A DNA stretch of 60,240 nt, filler included. It is 6 parts of 6 records of this genome, joined end to end, with 100 filler letters (N's around TTAATTAATTAA, not from the genome) between each part and the next. Parts side by side here need not be neighbours in the genome. Positions count along the whole stretch, not along the records: positions 35,876 to 44,348 come from SRR2962707_4317; positions 44,449 to 53,974 come from SRR2962707_4327; 4 more parts are not named here. One strand, 5' to 3'. Position 1 is the first letter of the stretch; every line of letters starts with the position of its first letter. Both the position numbers and the translations under genes were made by a program. Below are positions 39,238 through 49,628 of the stretch, one piece after another. The notes beneath the pieces were generated by a model. It was given only the letters and a program-made list of their open reading frames with translations. It ran no database searches and was not told where the DNA came from.

Positions 39238-41715
39238 TCACCAACGGTATTTGACGCTGGCGGTGATGTTGCGGGCGGAGCCGTAGGAGCAGCCGTACTG
39301 GGTACAGTAGGTCAGGTAGCGCTCATCCTTGAGGTTCCGCCCCGTCAACGCGACGCTCACACCGGGCAACCCGAGATAGCTCATGTCATAGCGCAGAGAC
39401 GCGTCGTACAACACATAGCTGTCCACCCGATAATTGTTTTCCGCGTCGCCATAAAGGTCGCTGATATAGCGGGCACCGACACCGAGCCCAAAGCCAGCCA
39501 GCGCCCCTTCACGCCACTTATAGTCCAGCCAGAGATTCGCCATATTGCGCGGCGCCAACGGCTTCTCGTTGCCCTCCTCCCCCTCTTCACCGTCAGTGAC
39601 TTCGGTATCCAGATATGTGTAGCTGGCGGTCACGCTTAGCCCGCTTTCGTTCCACATTTTTGCTTCCAGCTCGGCACCACGTGTGCGGGTTTCACCGGTC
39701 TGGCGCTGGCAACTGTTGACCGCCTCGCACGGCGCGCCGGCCGGCGGACTGATATCGGTAACCACCAGATTGGTCTGGCGCAAATCAAAAGCGGAAATCG
39801 TGATCATGCTGTTGCTGCGCGGAGGCTGGTATTTCAAGCCCGCTTCATACTGTTCACCTTCGGAAGGTTCAAAAGCGCTTTGCGAGGAGTCCTGCCCGCT
39901 AACCGGTTCGAATGAGGTGGCGTAACTCAGATAGGGGGCCAGACCGTTCTCTAACAAGTAGGTGGCGCCGGTTTGCCAGGTAAAGGCGTCGTCATCACTG
40001 GAATCCTCGTCTTCCAATGCATCCACCTTGAACTGATCATGGCGTACACCGAACATGAAACGCCAGTTATCCAGGGCAATCATATCCTGAATATACAAGC
40101 CGGTTTGGCGCTCCACGTTTTCTTCGTCGATCTGCACCATCAGGCTGTCTTCAAAACCCGCCGCACCTGAATACACCGGATCAAACACGTCGATGTCATC
40201 AATGGTGGCGGTCACACTGTAGCGGGTATGGTCCCAGTGGGTGCGCAGGTAATCCAGACCGAACACCAGGTCGTGGCGCAGACGCCCGGTGGAGAAAGCC
40301 GCTTTGAACTGATTGTCCACCGCCACTTCCCGCAGCTCACCCGCGCCTTTCACACCTCGACGTGGAAAAGTCCGGTTGTTGCTGTTCAAACCACCGTTGC
40401 CCACGGTGGTGCGAGGATTGGAAACCACAGTGCGGAACAATGTGTCCACGTAGCTGTACTTGGCGTTCTGGCGGAACGACCAGACATCATTGAATGTATG
40501 GTTCAGATCATAGCCAATGGCCCACTGCTCGCGATCATAGGTGTTCCAATCCGGCTCACCAAGAAAGGTATCACGGTCAATGTAGCCGTAAGGTGTCGGG
40601 TAAAGCAGGCCCTGAACGGGCAAGAACTGAAACGTGGAGCCACCCTCGTCCTTCTGATAGTAGCTAAGGAAAGTAATATCGGTGCTGTCGTTTACAAACC
40701 AGGTGGCGCTGGGGGCAATGTAGATGCGGCTCAACTCAGTCTCGTCCACCTGGGCGTCACCGTCGTTATAGCTGCCTACCAATCGCCCCAGCCAGTTGCC
40801 GCTCTCATCCAGCGATCCGCCGAGATCAAAAGCCCCTTCGTATTGATTAAAGCTGCCGCCACTGAGTATCACCTCATTCCGATGATCAAAGGAGGGCCGC
40901 TTCGCAACCATATTCACCAACCCGCCAGGCGTGACCTGCCCATATAGCACGGCGGCAGGTCCCTTCAGCACTTCTACTCTTTCCAAACCATAGGCGTCTA
41001 CCTGCGCTGTGGTCCATTGTCCGCCCCTCGGTAACCGCAGCCCGTCGAGATACATATTGTTGCTCCAACTGCTGGCATCGAAACCACGGATCCTGATGTC
41101 ATCCACCCGGCTGTCTATCCCCTGAAGCTCGGTACTTACCCCCGCGGAGTACGTCATTGCATCCATGACGCTGTTTGCTCCCCGGTCCTCCATCTCTTGT
41201 CGGGTCACCACCGAGATCGAGCGTGGTATTTCCACGATCGCGGCATCCGTTTTAGAAGCGGTTCCGGTATGCGTGGCCAGATAACCCATGCTCGCCGCGC
41301 CCCAGGCGTATTCCTCCATCGGCGTGTCCGCGGTGACCTCAACCGCCTCGATCCGGTGAGGCTCGCCCCGCCGCCCTACTTCCACGCCATTTTCCGTGAA
41401 GTTGTAGGTAAGCCCGGAGCCCGCCAACAGCGTGCGCAGAACCTGATCAAACGACATGGTGCCGTTGACGGCATTGCCGACTTCATCCTCGGCACCGGCG
41501 GGATAGTGAATCTCAACGCCGGTCTGGCGGGACAACGCGGCCAGGGAGGCGCCGAGTTTTTGCGCCGGCAGCGCGATCCGCACGCGTTGGTGCTGATGAT
41601 TGTGGGAGGGCTCGGTGGATTGCGCCGATACGGCGCCGGCAGCCAGGCTGAGACAGCAGGCAAAAGACAATAGAACGGCGGCACGAGCGGCCGCCGGAAA
41701 ACGCCATATACGCAT
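39238..41715 (-). CDS. TonB-dependent siderophore receptor with N-terminal STN signalling domain
   Basis: Signal peptide, STN domain (LPAQKLGASLAALSRQTG...LLAGSGL), plug (EIPRSISVV, IRGF, LERVEVLKGP..LYG..PGG), C-terminal YRW. Confidence 0.93.
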   Translation of the reverse strand: MRIWRFPAAARAAVLLSFACCLSLAAGAVSAQSTEPSHNHQHQRVRIALPAQKLGASLAALSRQTGVEIHYPAGAEDEVGNAVNGTMSFDQVLRTLLAGSGLTYNFTENGVEVGRRGEPHRIEAVEVTADTPMEEYAWGAASMGYLATHTGTASKTDAAIVEIPRSISVVTRQEMEDRGANSVMDAMTYSAGVSTELQGIDSRVDDIRIRGFDASSWSNNMYLDGLRLPRGGQWTTAQVDAYGLERVEVLKGPAAVLYGQVTPGGLVNMVAKRPSFDHRNEVILSGGSFNQYEGAFDLGGSLDESGNWLGRLVGSYNDGDAQVDETELSRIYIAPSATWFVNDSTDITFLSYYQKDEGGSTFQFLPVQGLLYPTPYGYIDRDTFLGEPDWNTYDREQWAIGYDLNHTFNDVWSFRQNAKYSYVDTLFRTVVSNPRTTVGNGGLNSNNRTFPRRGVKGAGELREVAVDNQFKAAFSTGRLRHDLVFGLDYLRTHWDHTRYSVTATIDDIDVFDPVYSGAAGFEDSLMVQIDEENVERQTGLYIQDMIALDNWRFMFGVRHDQFKVDALEDEDSSDDDAFTWQTGATYLLENGLAPYLSYATSFEPVSGQDSSQSAFEPSEGEQYEAGLKYQPPRSNSMITISAFDLRQTNLVVTDISPPAGAPCEAVNSCQRQTGETRTRGAELEAKMWNESGLSVTASYTYLDTEVTDGEEGEEGNEKPLAPRNMANLWLDYKWREGALAGFGLGVGARYISDLYGDAENNYRVDSYVLYDASLRYDMSYLGLPGVSVALTGRNLKDERYLTYCTQYGCSYGSARNITASVKYRW

Positions 41716-41755
41716 TGGTGTATCCTGAGATCAATCCGGAAGAATTATTAACGGT

Positions 41756-41796
41756 TGATAATAATTCTCGATTGTATAGATGGTATTGATTCTCAT
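41756..41796. promoter_or_regulatory. Two Fur boxes
   Basis: TGATAATAATTCTCG (41756-70) and TGAGAATCAATACCA (minus strand, 41796-82), against the 7-1-7 consensus TGATAAT-N-ATTATCA. Confidence 0.75.
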
Positions 41797-41846
41797 CAAC
41801 AACAAAGCGTTAAAAGAGGCGGGCAAGCCCTTCCATGGGAAAGGCG

Positions 41847-42767
41847 TCAGCCCTGACGCATGCGCAGGGTCACCAGGACGGTTTCCAGACGCGGCACCGG
41901 AACGTTCAGGCGATGGGCAATGGCCACCACATTGCCGAGGATGGCGTCCAGCTCGATGGGACGGTCGTTGAGGTAATCCAGCGCCATACTGTTTTTATAG
42001 GCCGGCATTTTTCGGGTGCCGGCGATATTGCTGTCAGGCAGGTGCGATGGCAGCGGGTGGCCGTCGGCTTCGGCCACCGCCATGACCTCCGCCATCAGGT
42101 CCCGGATCAGCTGTTCGCCGCCCGGAGTGTCCAGGATGGTGTAGGTGTCGGCGCCGTTGGCCAGCACCGATAGCGGATTGAAGGGGGTGTTCCAGACGCA
42201 CTTGAGCCAGCGTTCGCCCACCACCTGTTCGGTGAGCTTGATGTCGATGCCGCCTTCCACGAACAGATCCCGCAACCGCGAACAATGTTCGTCGATACCT
42301 TCCGGGAAACGCCCCATGACCAGACGGCCGTAGGCATTGTGTTTGATCTGGCCCGGCGCCACCCGGCTGACCGCGATAAACGCCAGACAGCTGATGATCG
42401 GGTTATTGGGGAAGGCCTCGGCCAGTTCCCGCTCGATATCCAGGCCGTTCTGAATCAACACGATACCGGTATCCTCCCCCAGCCACGGGCGGATCAGCGC
42501 GGCGCGGTCCGAGTTCGGCAGTACCTTGGTGGCGAGAATGACATAGTCCGGCTGGCTGTCGGCCTGATCGCCGTCCCGATACAGATGATCCGGTCGCCAG
42601 GAAATATCCCCCAGCGGGCTCTCGAACTGAAAACCACCGTCGCGGATAGCCTCGTACTCGGAACGCACCACGGCGCTTACGGTACAGCCAGCGCGCTTGA
42701 GAATGGCACCGTAGAAGCTGCCAATGGCGCCGGCACCGATGATCAGAACATGGGGTTGTTGACTCAT
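41847..42767 (-). CDS. panE: Ketopantoate reductase family protein
   Basis: IGAGAIGSFYG, LATK, QNG, WLKCVWN, SMALD and ELDAILG motifs. Confidence 0.85.
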   Translation of the reverse strand: MSQQPHVLIIGAGAIGSFYGAILKRAGCTVSAVVRSEYEAIRDGGFQFESPLGDISWRPDHLYRDGDQADSQPDYVILATKVLPNSDRAALIRPWLGEDTGIVLIQNGLDIERELAEAFPNNPIISCLAFIAVSRVAPGQIKHNAYGRLVMGRFPEGIDEHCSRLRDLFVEGGIDIKLTEQVVGERWLKCVWNTPFNPLSVLANGADTYTILDTPGGEQLIRDLMAEVMAVAEADGHPLPSHLPDSNIAGTRKMPAYKNSMALDYLNDRPIELDAILGNVVAIAHRLNVPVPRLETVLVTLRMRQG

Positions 42768-44248
42768 TATGAGGTCTCCGTGCGTTTAAGGCGCTGTCCG
42801 CGCGACATTCGCGCGAGCGGCCACAGCGCCAGAATGAACAGCGACGCCGTAATCAAAAAGGCGTCGTCAAAACCGACTTCGAAAGCGTGAGGGTGGCCCG
42901 CTTCCGGGTGAGCATGCCAGTGACGGTCACTGAAAAATTGTACGCAAATAGCACTCAGGTTCACGCCCAGAGCGCCTCCGATCTGGCGGGCGAAATTCAC
43001 CACTCCGGATCCCTGCGGAATCATTTCCGCCGGCAGCAGTGCCAGCGATCCGGTATTCACCGGCGGCATCATCAATCCCAGCGCCACCCGCCCCAGAGCG
43101 ACCCAGAACATCAACCAGACCACGCTGGTGCCGATATCCGCCGCCCGCAGAAACAGCAAACTCGCCGGCATCAACAACAGCCCGGTGGTGATCATCACCG
43201 CGCCCGGCAGGCGGTCGGAAAGATGGCCGGACAAAGGAAAAATGATCGCCATGGCGATGCCGGCGGGGATCAATATAAAGCCCGCGTCCGTGGCCGTCAT
43301 GCCCTGTACCTGCTGGAAGTACAGCGGCATCAGGTAAGTGGTGCCGAACACCCCGGCCCCCATCACCATGGCGACAAAAAAACCGCCGGCGAAACCGGGA
43401 TAACGAAACACCCGCGGATCAAACAACGGATAAGGATGGCGGAACTGCCAGGCGGCGAATACGCCCATGATCAGCGGTCCGCCGACCAGGGCGGTGAGCA
43501 ACACCGGATCCTGCAGGCCACGCCGGGCCAGTCCCGCCAACGCCCATAACAATGCGGTCAGTCCGACACCGAGCAGAATAATGCCCAACCAGTCCAGGCG
43601 GTGATTGCGGGCGTGAGCGGTGCCGGGTAAGAAACGTGATGCCATGAATAGCGCCAGCAAACAACTGGGCAACACGGCGAAGAACACCGCCCGCCAGGAC
43701 AGCGTGTCCACCAGGATACCGCCAAGCGCCGGCGCCACCGCCGGCCCCAGCACCACGCCCATGCCATAGATGCCCATGGCCTGCCCGCGCTTGTTCCAGG
43801 GGAACACCTGGAAGATGGTGACCAGGGCATGAGGTTGTATCAGACCGGCCATGACGCCCTGCACCGCCCGTACCGCCACCAGCACCGCGAAGTTCTGGCT
43901 GAATCCGCCGAGCACCGACGCCACGATGAAAATCACCATGGCGCAGATGAAAGTACGGCGGGAGCCAAAACGGGCCAGACACCAGGCGTTCACCAACATA
44001 CCGACGGTCATGGCGGCTAGAAAGGCTGTGGCCAGCCAATGCACCTGATCCTGGCCGAGCTGAAACTCGTCCATGATCGCCGGCACCGCCACGTTGATGA
44101 TGGTGGAGGTCAGTACCATGGACAAAGTGCCCAGCATGACGGTGGCGGTGGCCAGCCAGCGATAGCGGGGACCATGACGTTCGAAGAGTTGTTCTATGGT
44201 GGGCATGAAAACATCATCATCGCGGTCCGTGGGCGATTGGTGTCCCAC
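42767..44248 (-). CDS. DHA2 (EmrB/QacA) MFS efflux transporter (start may be ATG 44206)
   Basis: TIINVAVP, RFGSRR, RAVQG, RGQAMG..GPAVAPALGG and WRAVFF motifs. Confidence 0.88.
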   Translation of the reverse strand: MGHQSPTDRDDDVFMPTIEQLFERHGPRYRWLATATVMLGTLSMVLTSTIINVAVPAIMDEFQLGQDQVHWLATAFLAAMTVGMLVNAWCLARFGSRRTFICAMVIFIVASVLGGFSQNFAVLVAVRAVQGVMAGLIQPHALVTIFQVFPWNKRGQAMGIYGMGVVLGPAVAPALGGILVDTLSWRAVFFAVLPSCLLALFMASRFLPGTAHARNHRLDWLGIILLGVGLTALLWALAGLARRGLQDPVLLTALVGGPLIMGVFAAWQFRHPYPLFDPRVFRYPGFAGGFFVAMVMGAGVFGTTYLMPLYFQQVQGMTATDAGFILIPAGIAMAIIFPLSGHLSDRLPGAVMITTGLLLMPASLLFLRAADIGTSVVWLMFWVALGRVALGLMMPPVNTGSLALLPAEMIPQGSGVVNFARQIGGALGVNLSAICVQFFSDRHWHAHPEAGHPHAFEVGFDDAFLITASLFILALWPLARMSRGQRLKRTETS

Positions 44249-44333
44249 AATGTCAGCAGAGTCTGACGCCCTGGCTTCTGAATTCCTGCAATGCCGCTGG
44301 GAACACGAACTCAGAGAGGGCTACAAGGCCGCT

Positions 44334-44348
44334 GTGGGAGCTTGCCTG
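44334..44348 (+). repeat. REP-like unit truncated at the contig end
   Basis: GTGGGAGCTTGCCTG; shares GAGCTTGCCTG with 26978-26988. Confidence 0.55.
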
Positions 44349-44448
44349 NNNNNNNNNNNNNNNNNNNNNNNNNNNNNNNNNNNNNNNNNNNNTTAATTAA
44401 TTAANNNNNNNNNNNNNNNNNNNNNNNNNNNNNNNNNNNNNNNNNNNN
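44349..44448. other. Artificial contig linker
   Basis: N44-TTAATTAATTAA-N44. Confidence 0.98.
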
Positions 44449-44449
44449 T

Positions 44450-45058
44450 CAAAAAAGCCTCTCGTTCAACAGCGCCCGGTTCCTGATCAGTGCCTCACGC
44501 CTGGAGGAATGCCCTCCGGACCACGGTTCCGAGGTGGCCTTCGCCGGCCGCTCGAACGCGGGCAAATCCAGCGCCATCAATTGCATCACCACCAACGGCA
44601 AGCTGGCCCGTACCAGTAAGACCCCCGGGCGCACCCGGCTGATCAATTTCTTCTCACTCAACCGGGAAAACTGCCGGATGGTCGATCTGCCCGGGTACGG
44701 TTACGCCAAAGTGTCCCGGGATATGAAAGACGACTGGCAGAAACATCTGGGCCACTACCTGAATGATCGCCGCTGCCTGCGGGGGCTGGTACTGGTCATG
44801 GATATACGCCACCCATTAACGGACTTCGACCAAATGATGGTGGAATGGTGCGAACATAACAACCTTCCACTGATGATTCTTGCCACCAAGGCCGACAAGC
44901 TGAAATTTGGCCAGGCCAAAACGGCCATGATGGGCATTGCCAAAAAGTTGGAAGAGTTCCAGTGCGTGGAGCACCTGATTATGTTCTCGGCAACGTCAAA
45001 ACGGGGAGTCGAAGAGTGCCGGGAGGCACTGACCGCCTGGCTGGAAACCGAGGACTAA
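44450..45058 (+). CDS. engB: Ribosome biogenesis GTPase EngB/YihA (5' truncated)
   Basis: FAGRSNAGKSS, SKTPGRT, DLPGYGYA and TKADK motifs. Confidence 0.96.
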   Translation, partial: QKSLSFNSARFLISASRLEECPPDHGSEVAFAGRSNAGKSSAINCITTNGKLARTSKTPGRTRLINFFSLNRENCRMVDLPGYGYAKVSRDMKDDWQKHLGHYLNDRRCLRGLVLVMDIRHPLTDFDQMMVEWCEHNNLPLMILATKADKLKFGQAKTAMMGIAKKLEEFQCVEHLIMFSATSKRGVEECREALTAWLETED

Positions 45059-46057
45059 CTAGAGCGTGCCTCCACGCTCTATCCGGTAGCCCAGATCGAT
45101 ACGCGGCTCGGTGATGCCGGCACCGCCCAGGCGGGCCAGCAGCTCCTGGGCCGCCCTCTGGCCCACGGCCTCTCGTGGTGTGATCACACTCGCCAGGGGA
45201 GGCACCATCACACGGCCAACGTCGTGACCATGGAAACCGGCGATCGCAATCCGCTCTGGCACCGGAATACCCCGGCGCTGACACTCGAAAAACGCACCAA
45301 TCGCAACGTCATCGTTGGTGCAGAAGATGCCATCAACGTCCGGATTCTCCTCCAGTATCCGCGCCATCAGGGTGGCACCCACACTAAAAGACGAGCGTTG
45401 CTCGCTGCGCAGGGTGACTGGCGTCAGCCCCTGCTCTTCCATTGCCCGGCTGTACCCTTCCTGACGTTGCAGGGTACGGGCATCCAGCCGCACGGCGAGA
45501 TAGACCACGCGCCTGCGTCCAAGCCGGATCATCTCCCGCACCATGTCATAAGCCGCGCTGACGTTATCAAACCCGACAGCCTGCTCGAACGGGGCCGAAT
45601 GCGTGTCCATGATTTCCACGGTGGGCACCCCAGCGGTCTGAAGCATCCTCAGCGTGCGGCCCGTGTGCTGGCTCTCGGAAAGAATCACGCCATCCACGTT
45701 GTAGGACAGCAGCGATGACAGGCTGCGCTCCTCAATCTCGGGGCTATAGCCGTAGTGAGACAGCATCAGGTGGTAACCGGCGGGCTCGGTAACCGCTTCC
45801 ACACCCTTGATCACATCCGCAAATACCTGGTTGGTCAGGGACGGAAGCAACACACCAATGGCGTGGCTGGTGGACTTGGACAACAGGTCCGGCGCGCGAT
45901 TGGGGATATACCCCAGTGCTTCGGCTTCGGCAAAGATCCGCTCCCGCATGGGCTTGGAGACATTGTCTGCGCCACGAAGGCAACGGCTGACCGTCATCTT
46001 GGTAGCACCAACCCGGTCCGCAATGTCCTGCAATGTGGGACGTTTGTTCTTTACCAT
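45059..46057 (-). CDS. gntR: Gluconate repressor GntR (LacI family)
   Basis: RPTLQDIADRVGATKMTVSR, PSLTNQVF, CTNDD and AGFHGHD motifs; next to gntK. Confidence 0.9.
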   Translation of the reverse strand: MVKNKRPTLQDIADRVGATKMTVSRCLRGADNVSKPMRERIFAEAEALGYIPNRAPDLLSKSTSHAIGVLLPSLTNQVFADVIKGVEAVTEPAGYHLMLSHYGYSPEIEERSLSSLLSYNVDGVILSESQHTGRTLRMLQTAGVPTVEIMDTHSAPFEQAVGFDNVSAAYDMVREMIRLGRRRVVYLAVRLDARTLQRQEGYSRAMEEQGLTPVTLRSEQRSSFSVGATLMARILEENPDVDGIFCTNDDVAIGAFFECQRRGIPVPERIAIAGFHGHDVGRVMVPPLASVITPREAVGQRAAQELLARLGGAGITEPRIDLGYRIERGGTL

Positions 46058-46078
46058 TTACGGCTCCAGCCAGAACGT

Positions 46079-46606
46079 TCAAAGAGGCCTATCATACCCG
46101 AGCCCGACAAGGCAGTGACGGATCACTTGCTCCGGCGTACCGGAGACATCGACGGCCACCGCGTTTTCACCCGGCCCCGGCTCCTCCAGCAAATGGAACT
46201 GGCTCTCCAGCATCGCGTGACCATTGAAGTAATGATCGGTTCGGCTGGAGTGGCGCGCCCAGATGGTTTCAAAATCCCCCTTGAGATAAACGAACCGGGT
46301 TTCCGGGCTGCCCCCCTGCAAACGCTTGCGGTAGACGCGCTTCAAGGCGGAACAGGCCAGCACCAAGCCACCCTCTTCCCGCCGGATCAACTTGGCGAGG
46401 TCATCCAGCCAACCGAGACGATCCTCATCGGTCAGCGGAATACCGGCTGCCATTTTCTCCACGTTGGCACGGCTGTGGTAATCGTCCGCGTCGAAAAACG
46501 GAACGCCGAGTTCCTGTGCAAGCCCGGCCCCGGTGAGGCTTTTGCCACACCCGGACACGCCCATCACCACGATTTTTGGTGTCTTTGGTGTCATCCTTTC
46601 ACTCAT
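46079..46606 (-). CDS. gntK: Gluconokinase
   Basis: MGVSGCGKS, DADDYH, GIPLTDEDR, LACSALK and SQF.LLEEP motifs. Confidence 0.93.
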   Translation of the reverse strand: MSERMTPKTPKIVVMGVSGCGKSLTGAGLAQELGVPFFDADDYHSRANVEKMAAGIPLTDEDRLGWLDDLAKLIRREEGGLVLACSALKRVYRKRLQGGSPETRFVYLKGDFETIWARHSSRTDHYFNGHAMLESQFHLLEEPGPGENAVAVDVSGTPEQVIRHCLVGLGYDRPL

Positions 46607-46607
46607 G

Positions 46608-47927
46608 TCACTGCCACCATAGCGCCAATTGAGGGAACACAATCAGCAGACCAAGGGCGACCACCTGAAGCGCGATAAACGGCAGCAGGGCACGGAAGAT
46701 CTCCCCCAGGGAGATGTCTTTTGGCGTCACGGTCTTGAGATAGAAGGCCGCCGGGCCAAACGGCGGTGACAGGAAGGACACCTGCATGTTCATGCAGAAC
46801 ACCACCCCGAACCAGATCGGGCTATAGCCCAGTTCCGTCACAATCGGCACGAAGATCGGCATGGTGAGCAAGGCAACGCCGACCCAGTCCAGGAACATAC
46901 CCAGGATGAGCAGGATCAGCATCATGAACAGGATCGTCGTCAGGCCATGGCCACCGCTGACGGCGAAAACCATGTCGCGGACGAAATCGATACCGCCCAT
47001 GAGGTTGTAGACCCCCACCAGAGCGGTTGCGCCGATACCAATCCAGATAATCATGCCGCACACCCGCAGCGTGCTGATGGTGGCCTTGCGCACCATGGCA
47101 AGGGACAGCTCACCACGAATCCAGGTGCTGATGGCAATACCCATCACACCCAGGGCCGAGGCTTCCGTGACCGACGCCACACCGCCATAGATGCTGCCCA
47201 GCACCACAACCACGGACAGCAGGGGAAACAGCAGTGCCTTGAAGAAATTCGGCATTGGTGTTTCAGGTGTGTCCTGATCCGAGGGCAGCGGCGCCATCTC
47301 CGGCTTCAGCCAAACCCGGATCAACACATACCCCATATAGAGCAGCGCCAGTATCAGTGCGGGCAAGAAAGCCCCTTTGAAGAGGTCGCCGATGGACACG
47401 TTGGCGGTCAGCCCGTAGATAATCAGTACGATACTGGGAGGCAGCATGGTGCCGAGTGCCCCACCGGCACAGGTGGTGCCGATGGCGAGTTTGCGGTCGT
47501 ACCCCAGGCGCAGCATTTGCGGCAGCGCCAGGATGCCCAGCAACACCGTCTCGCCACCGATCACACCGGACATGGAGGCGAGGATCACCGCGACCACCAG
47601 CGTCTGGATGGCCACACCACCTCGGAGTTTGCGACCCAGGCGGGCCATGGCATCGAACAGGTCCCGGGCAATGCCGGAATGATCCAGCAGCGAGGCCATC
47701 AACACGAACATCGGCACCGCCAGGAACACATAGTTGCCGATAAAGCTGTACAGACGGCTGCTGACAATGGGCAGGGCATCCGGGCCAAACCAACCGAGCG
47801 CGAACACAAGAGCGACCAGACCGGTGGCAAACGCCAACTGCATACCGGTCAGGAGCAATACAATCAGCATGACAAGCATCAACAGGCTGCCATAGCCGAT
47901 ACCAAGGGAGGCCAGTTCAAACATCAT
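46608..47927 (-). CDS. TRAP large permease (probable gluconate)
   Basis: AVPMF, GGALGTMLPPS and SFLSPPFG motifs. Confidence 0.9.
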   Translation of the reverse strand: MMFELASLGIGYGSLLMLVMLIVLLLTGMQLAFATGLVALVFALGWFGPDALPIVSSRLYSFIGNYVFLAVPMFVLMASLLDHSGIARDLFDAMARLGRKLRGGVAIQTLVVAVILASMSGVIGGETVLLGILALPQMLRLGYDRKLAIGTTCAGGALGTMLPPSIVLIIYGLTANVSIGDLFKGAFLPALILALLYMGYVLIRVWLKPEMAPLPSDQDTPETPMPNFFKALLFPLLSVVVVLGSIYGGVASVTEASALGVMGIAISTWIRGELSLAMVRKATISTLRVCGMIIWIGIGATALVGVYNLMGGIDFVRDMVFAVSGGHGLTTILFMMLILLILGMFLDWVGVALLTMPIFVPIVTELGYSPIWFGVVFCMNMQVSFLSPPFGPAAFYLKTVTPKDISLGEIFRALLPFIALQVVALGLLIVFPQLALWWQ

Positions 47928-48508
47928 TTATCTCCCTTGCCACGAAGGTCGCGAATAAGGTGCAACAGGAACTGAAGCGTCATGACCGCCACCGCAATCA
48001 GGATGACCACCTTCAGCAGCGCGGGAAACGGCGGGTTCCAGGCAGAGCCGGAGGTTTCCAGTCGCCAGCCACCCCAGGGCGACCGCACGGCTTCGGTCGC
48101 CATCGACCAGCTGGCGAACAGCAGCATGCCGCAGAAGGCAAGTCCCAGCAGATGGTGGACAACCCGCAACCAACGCTGGGCACGGTGAGAGACGGCGTCA
48201 TAGATCAATACAATACGCACGTGTCGATCGGTCGCCAGTGCATAAAGCCCGCCAATGACAAACAGTGTGGCACCTGCAAAGGTCACGGTTTCGTGCACCC
48301 AGAGCGTGGGGGAATCAAATACATAACGGCGGACAATCTCGTAAAACGACACCACGACAATCGCGGCAAAGACCAGGCTCAGCCTCTTGCCAAGCCAGAC
48401 AATGGCCTTGTCCAGCCAGGTAAACCCGACATCCTCGCCCTTATCAGGCTGGATATCTTCGCGATCAGAACCGGACGCCGGGGCATCTGTGTTGTTTTCA
48501 ACGGACAT
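47924..48508 (-). CDS. TRAP small permease (probable gluconate)
   Basis: YEIVRRYVFDSPTLWVHE and HVRI motifs. Confidence 0.88.
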   Translation of the reverse strand: MSVENNTDAPASGSDREDIQPDKGEDVGFTWLDKAIVWLGKRLSLVFAAIVVVSFYEIVRRYVFDSPTLWVHETVTFAGATLFVIGGLYALATDRHVRIVLIYDAVSHRAQRWLRVVHHLLGLAFCGMLLFASWSMATEAVRSPWGGWRLETSGSAWNPPFPALLKVVILIAVAVMTLQFLLHLIRDLRGKGDK

Positions 48509-48568
48509 AATGAACTCCTCGCTCCGGGGCCTTAGGGCGCCCGGAGGCTGATACCGAGGGAACCTGTT

Positions 48569-49579
48569 TTAGAGGAGGCCCTGGGACTCCAGGTAGTCAG
48601 TCACCGACTGGTAGACCTTCTCGGCATTGGGCGACTGTTCTGCGTAGACCTGCCACTGGTCACGGGCAATGGTGCGGAACTTCCGACGCTCTTCGGCGGA
48701 CCAGTCGTGGATGGTAATGTCCGGGTTGGCCCGGGCTTCGTTGACAGCTTCACGATCGGCCATCGCCAACTGGGTGCTGATATCCTGGGCAAAGTCTCGG
48801 GCGGATACCGTCATGATGGCCTGAATGTCCTCTGGCAGCTCGTTCCACTCCTTGAGGTCCATCGCGATTTCAATCAATGGCAGCGAATGGAAACCAGGGT
48901 TGACCGGGTGCGGCGCAATCTCGTTCAGACCGGCCTCATGGTTGGTGGAGAACACGGTGTAGTCCGCGGCATCAATCACACCCTTGCTCAACGCCGTGTA
49001 GACTTCAGACCCCGGCAGGTTCACGGGGGATGCGCCCGCGGCGGCAAAGACAGACTGCACCAGCCCTTCCGGTGCGCGCATCTTCAGCCCCTTGAGATCC
49101 TCGACGCCATCCAGCGGTTTCTTCGACACAAACGACTCCACGCCGGTACCGCCACCGCCGACAAATTTCACGCCATAGGGCTTGTAGAGCTCGTTCATCA
49201 ACTCATAGCCGCCACCATGGTTGATGTAATCAATGAGCTGGTCCGGGCTGGACCAGGCGCCAACGGTGTTGCCGATCAGGCCGAATGCAGGATCCTTTCC
49301 CGAGAAATACCCGGTCACGGAAATATGGCCATCCAACACGCCCATTTTCATGGCGCCGAGGGTTTCGGTGTGGCTGACAACGCTACCCACCGGCAGCAGG
49401 TCAATCTCGACACGACCACCGGTCATCGCTTCTACCCGGTCGGCCCACGCCTGCTGGATCTCGAAGTTCTTGACGCCGGAAGGATCTGAAGACTGGAACT
49501 TGAAGGTGAAATCGGCGGCAAGGGCATTGCACGCCAGGGTGGCTGACAGAAGGCCAGCTGCGAGTCTTGTCGGGAACAT
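48569..49579 (-). CDS. TRAP substrate-binding protein (probable gluconate)
   Basis: Signal peptide, DLKGLKMR and EVYTALSKGVID motifs; GntR operator upstream. Confidence 0.9.
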   Translation of the reverse strand: MFPTRLAAGLLSATLACNALAADFTFKFQSSDPSGVKNFEIQQAWADRVEAMTGGRVEIDLLPVGSVVSHTETLGAMKMGVLDGHISVTGYFSGKDPAFGLIGNTVGAWSSPDQLIDYINHGGGYELMNELYKPYGVKFVGGGGTGVESFVSKKPLDGVEDLKGLKMRAPEGLVQSVFAAAGASPVNLPGSEVYTALSKGVIDAADYTVFSTNHEAGLNEIAPHPVNPGFHSLPLIEIAMDLKEWNELPEDIQAIMTVSARDFAQDISTQLAMADREAVNEARANPDITIHDWSAEERRKFRTIARDQWQVYAEQSPNAEKVYQSVTDYLESQGLL

Positions 49580-49612
49580 ATTGGTATCTCCTGATTGTTT
49601 TTGTGCCGGCGC

Positions 49613-49628
49613 ATGTTACCGGTAACAT
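49613..49628. promoter_or_regulatory. GntR operator
   Basis: Perfect palindrome ATGTTACCGGTAACAT, matching the E. coli GntR consensus ATGTTA-N4-TAACAT. Confidence 0.88.

Noticed and set aside
1209-41715. FecR protein (contig 1) as partner of the STN TonB receptor (contig 4)
   Set aside because: Different contigs and apparently different classes of bacteria; the FecR protein also lacks a cytoplasmic anti-sigma N-terminus.
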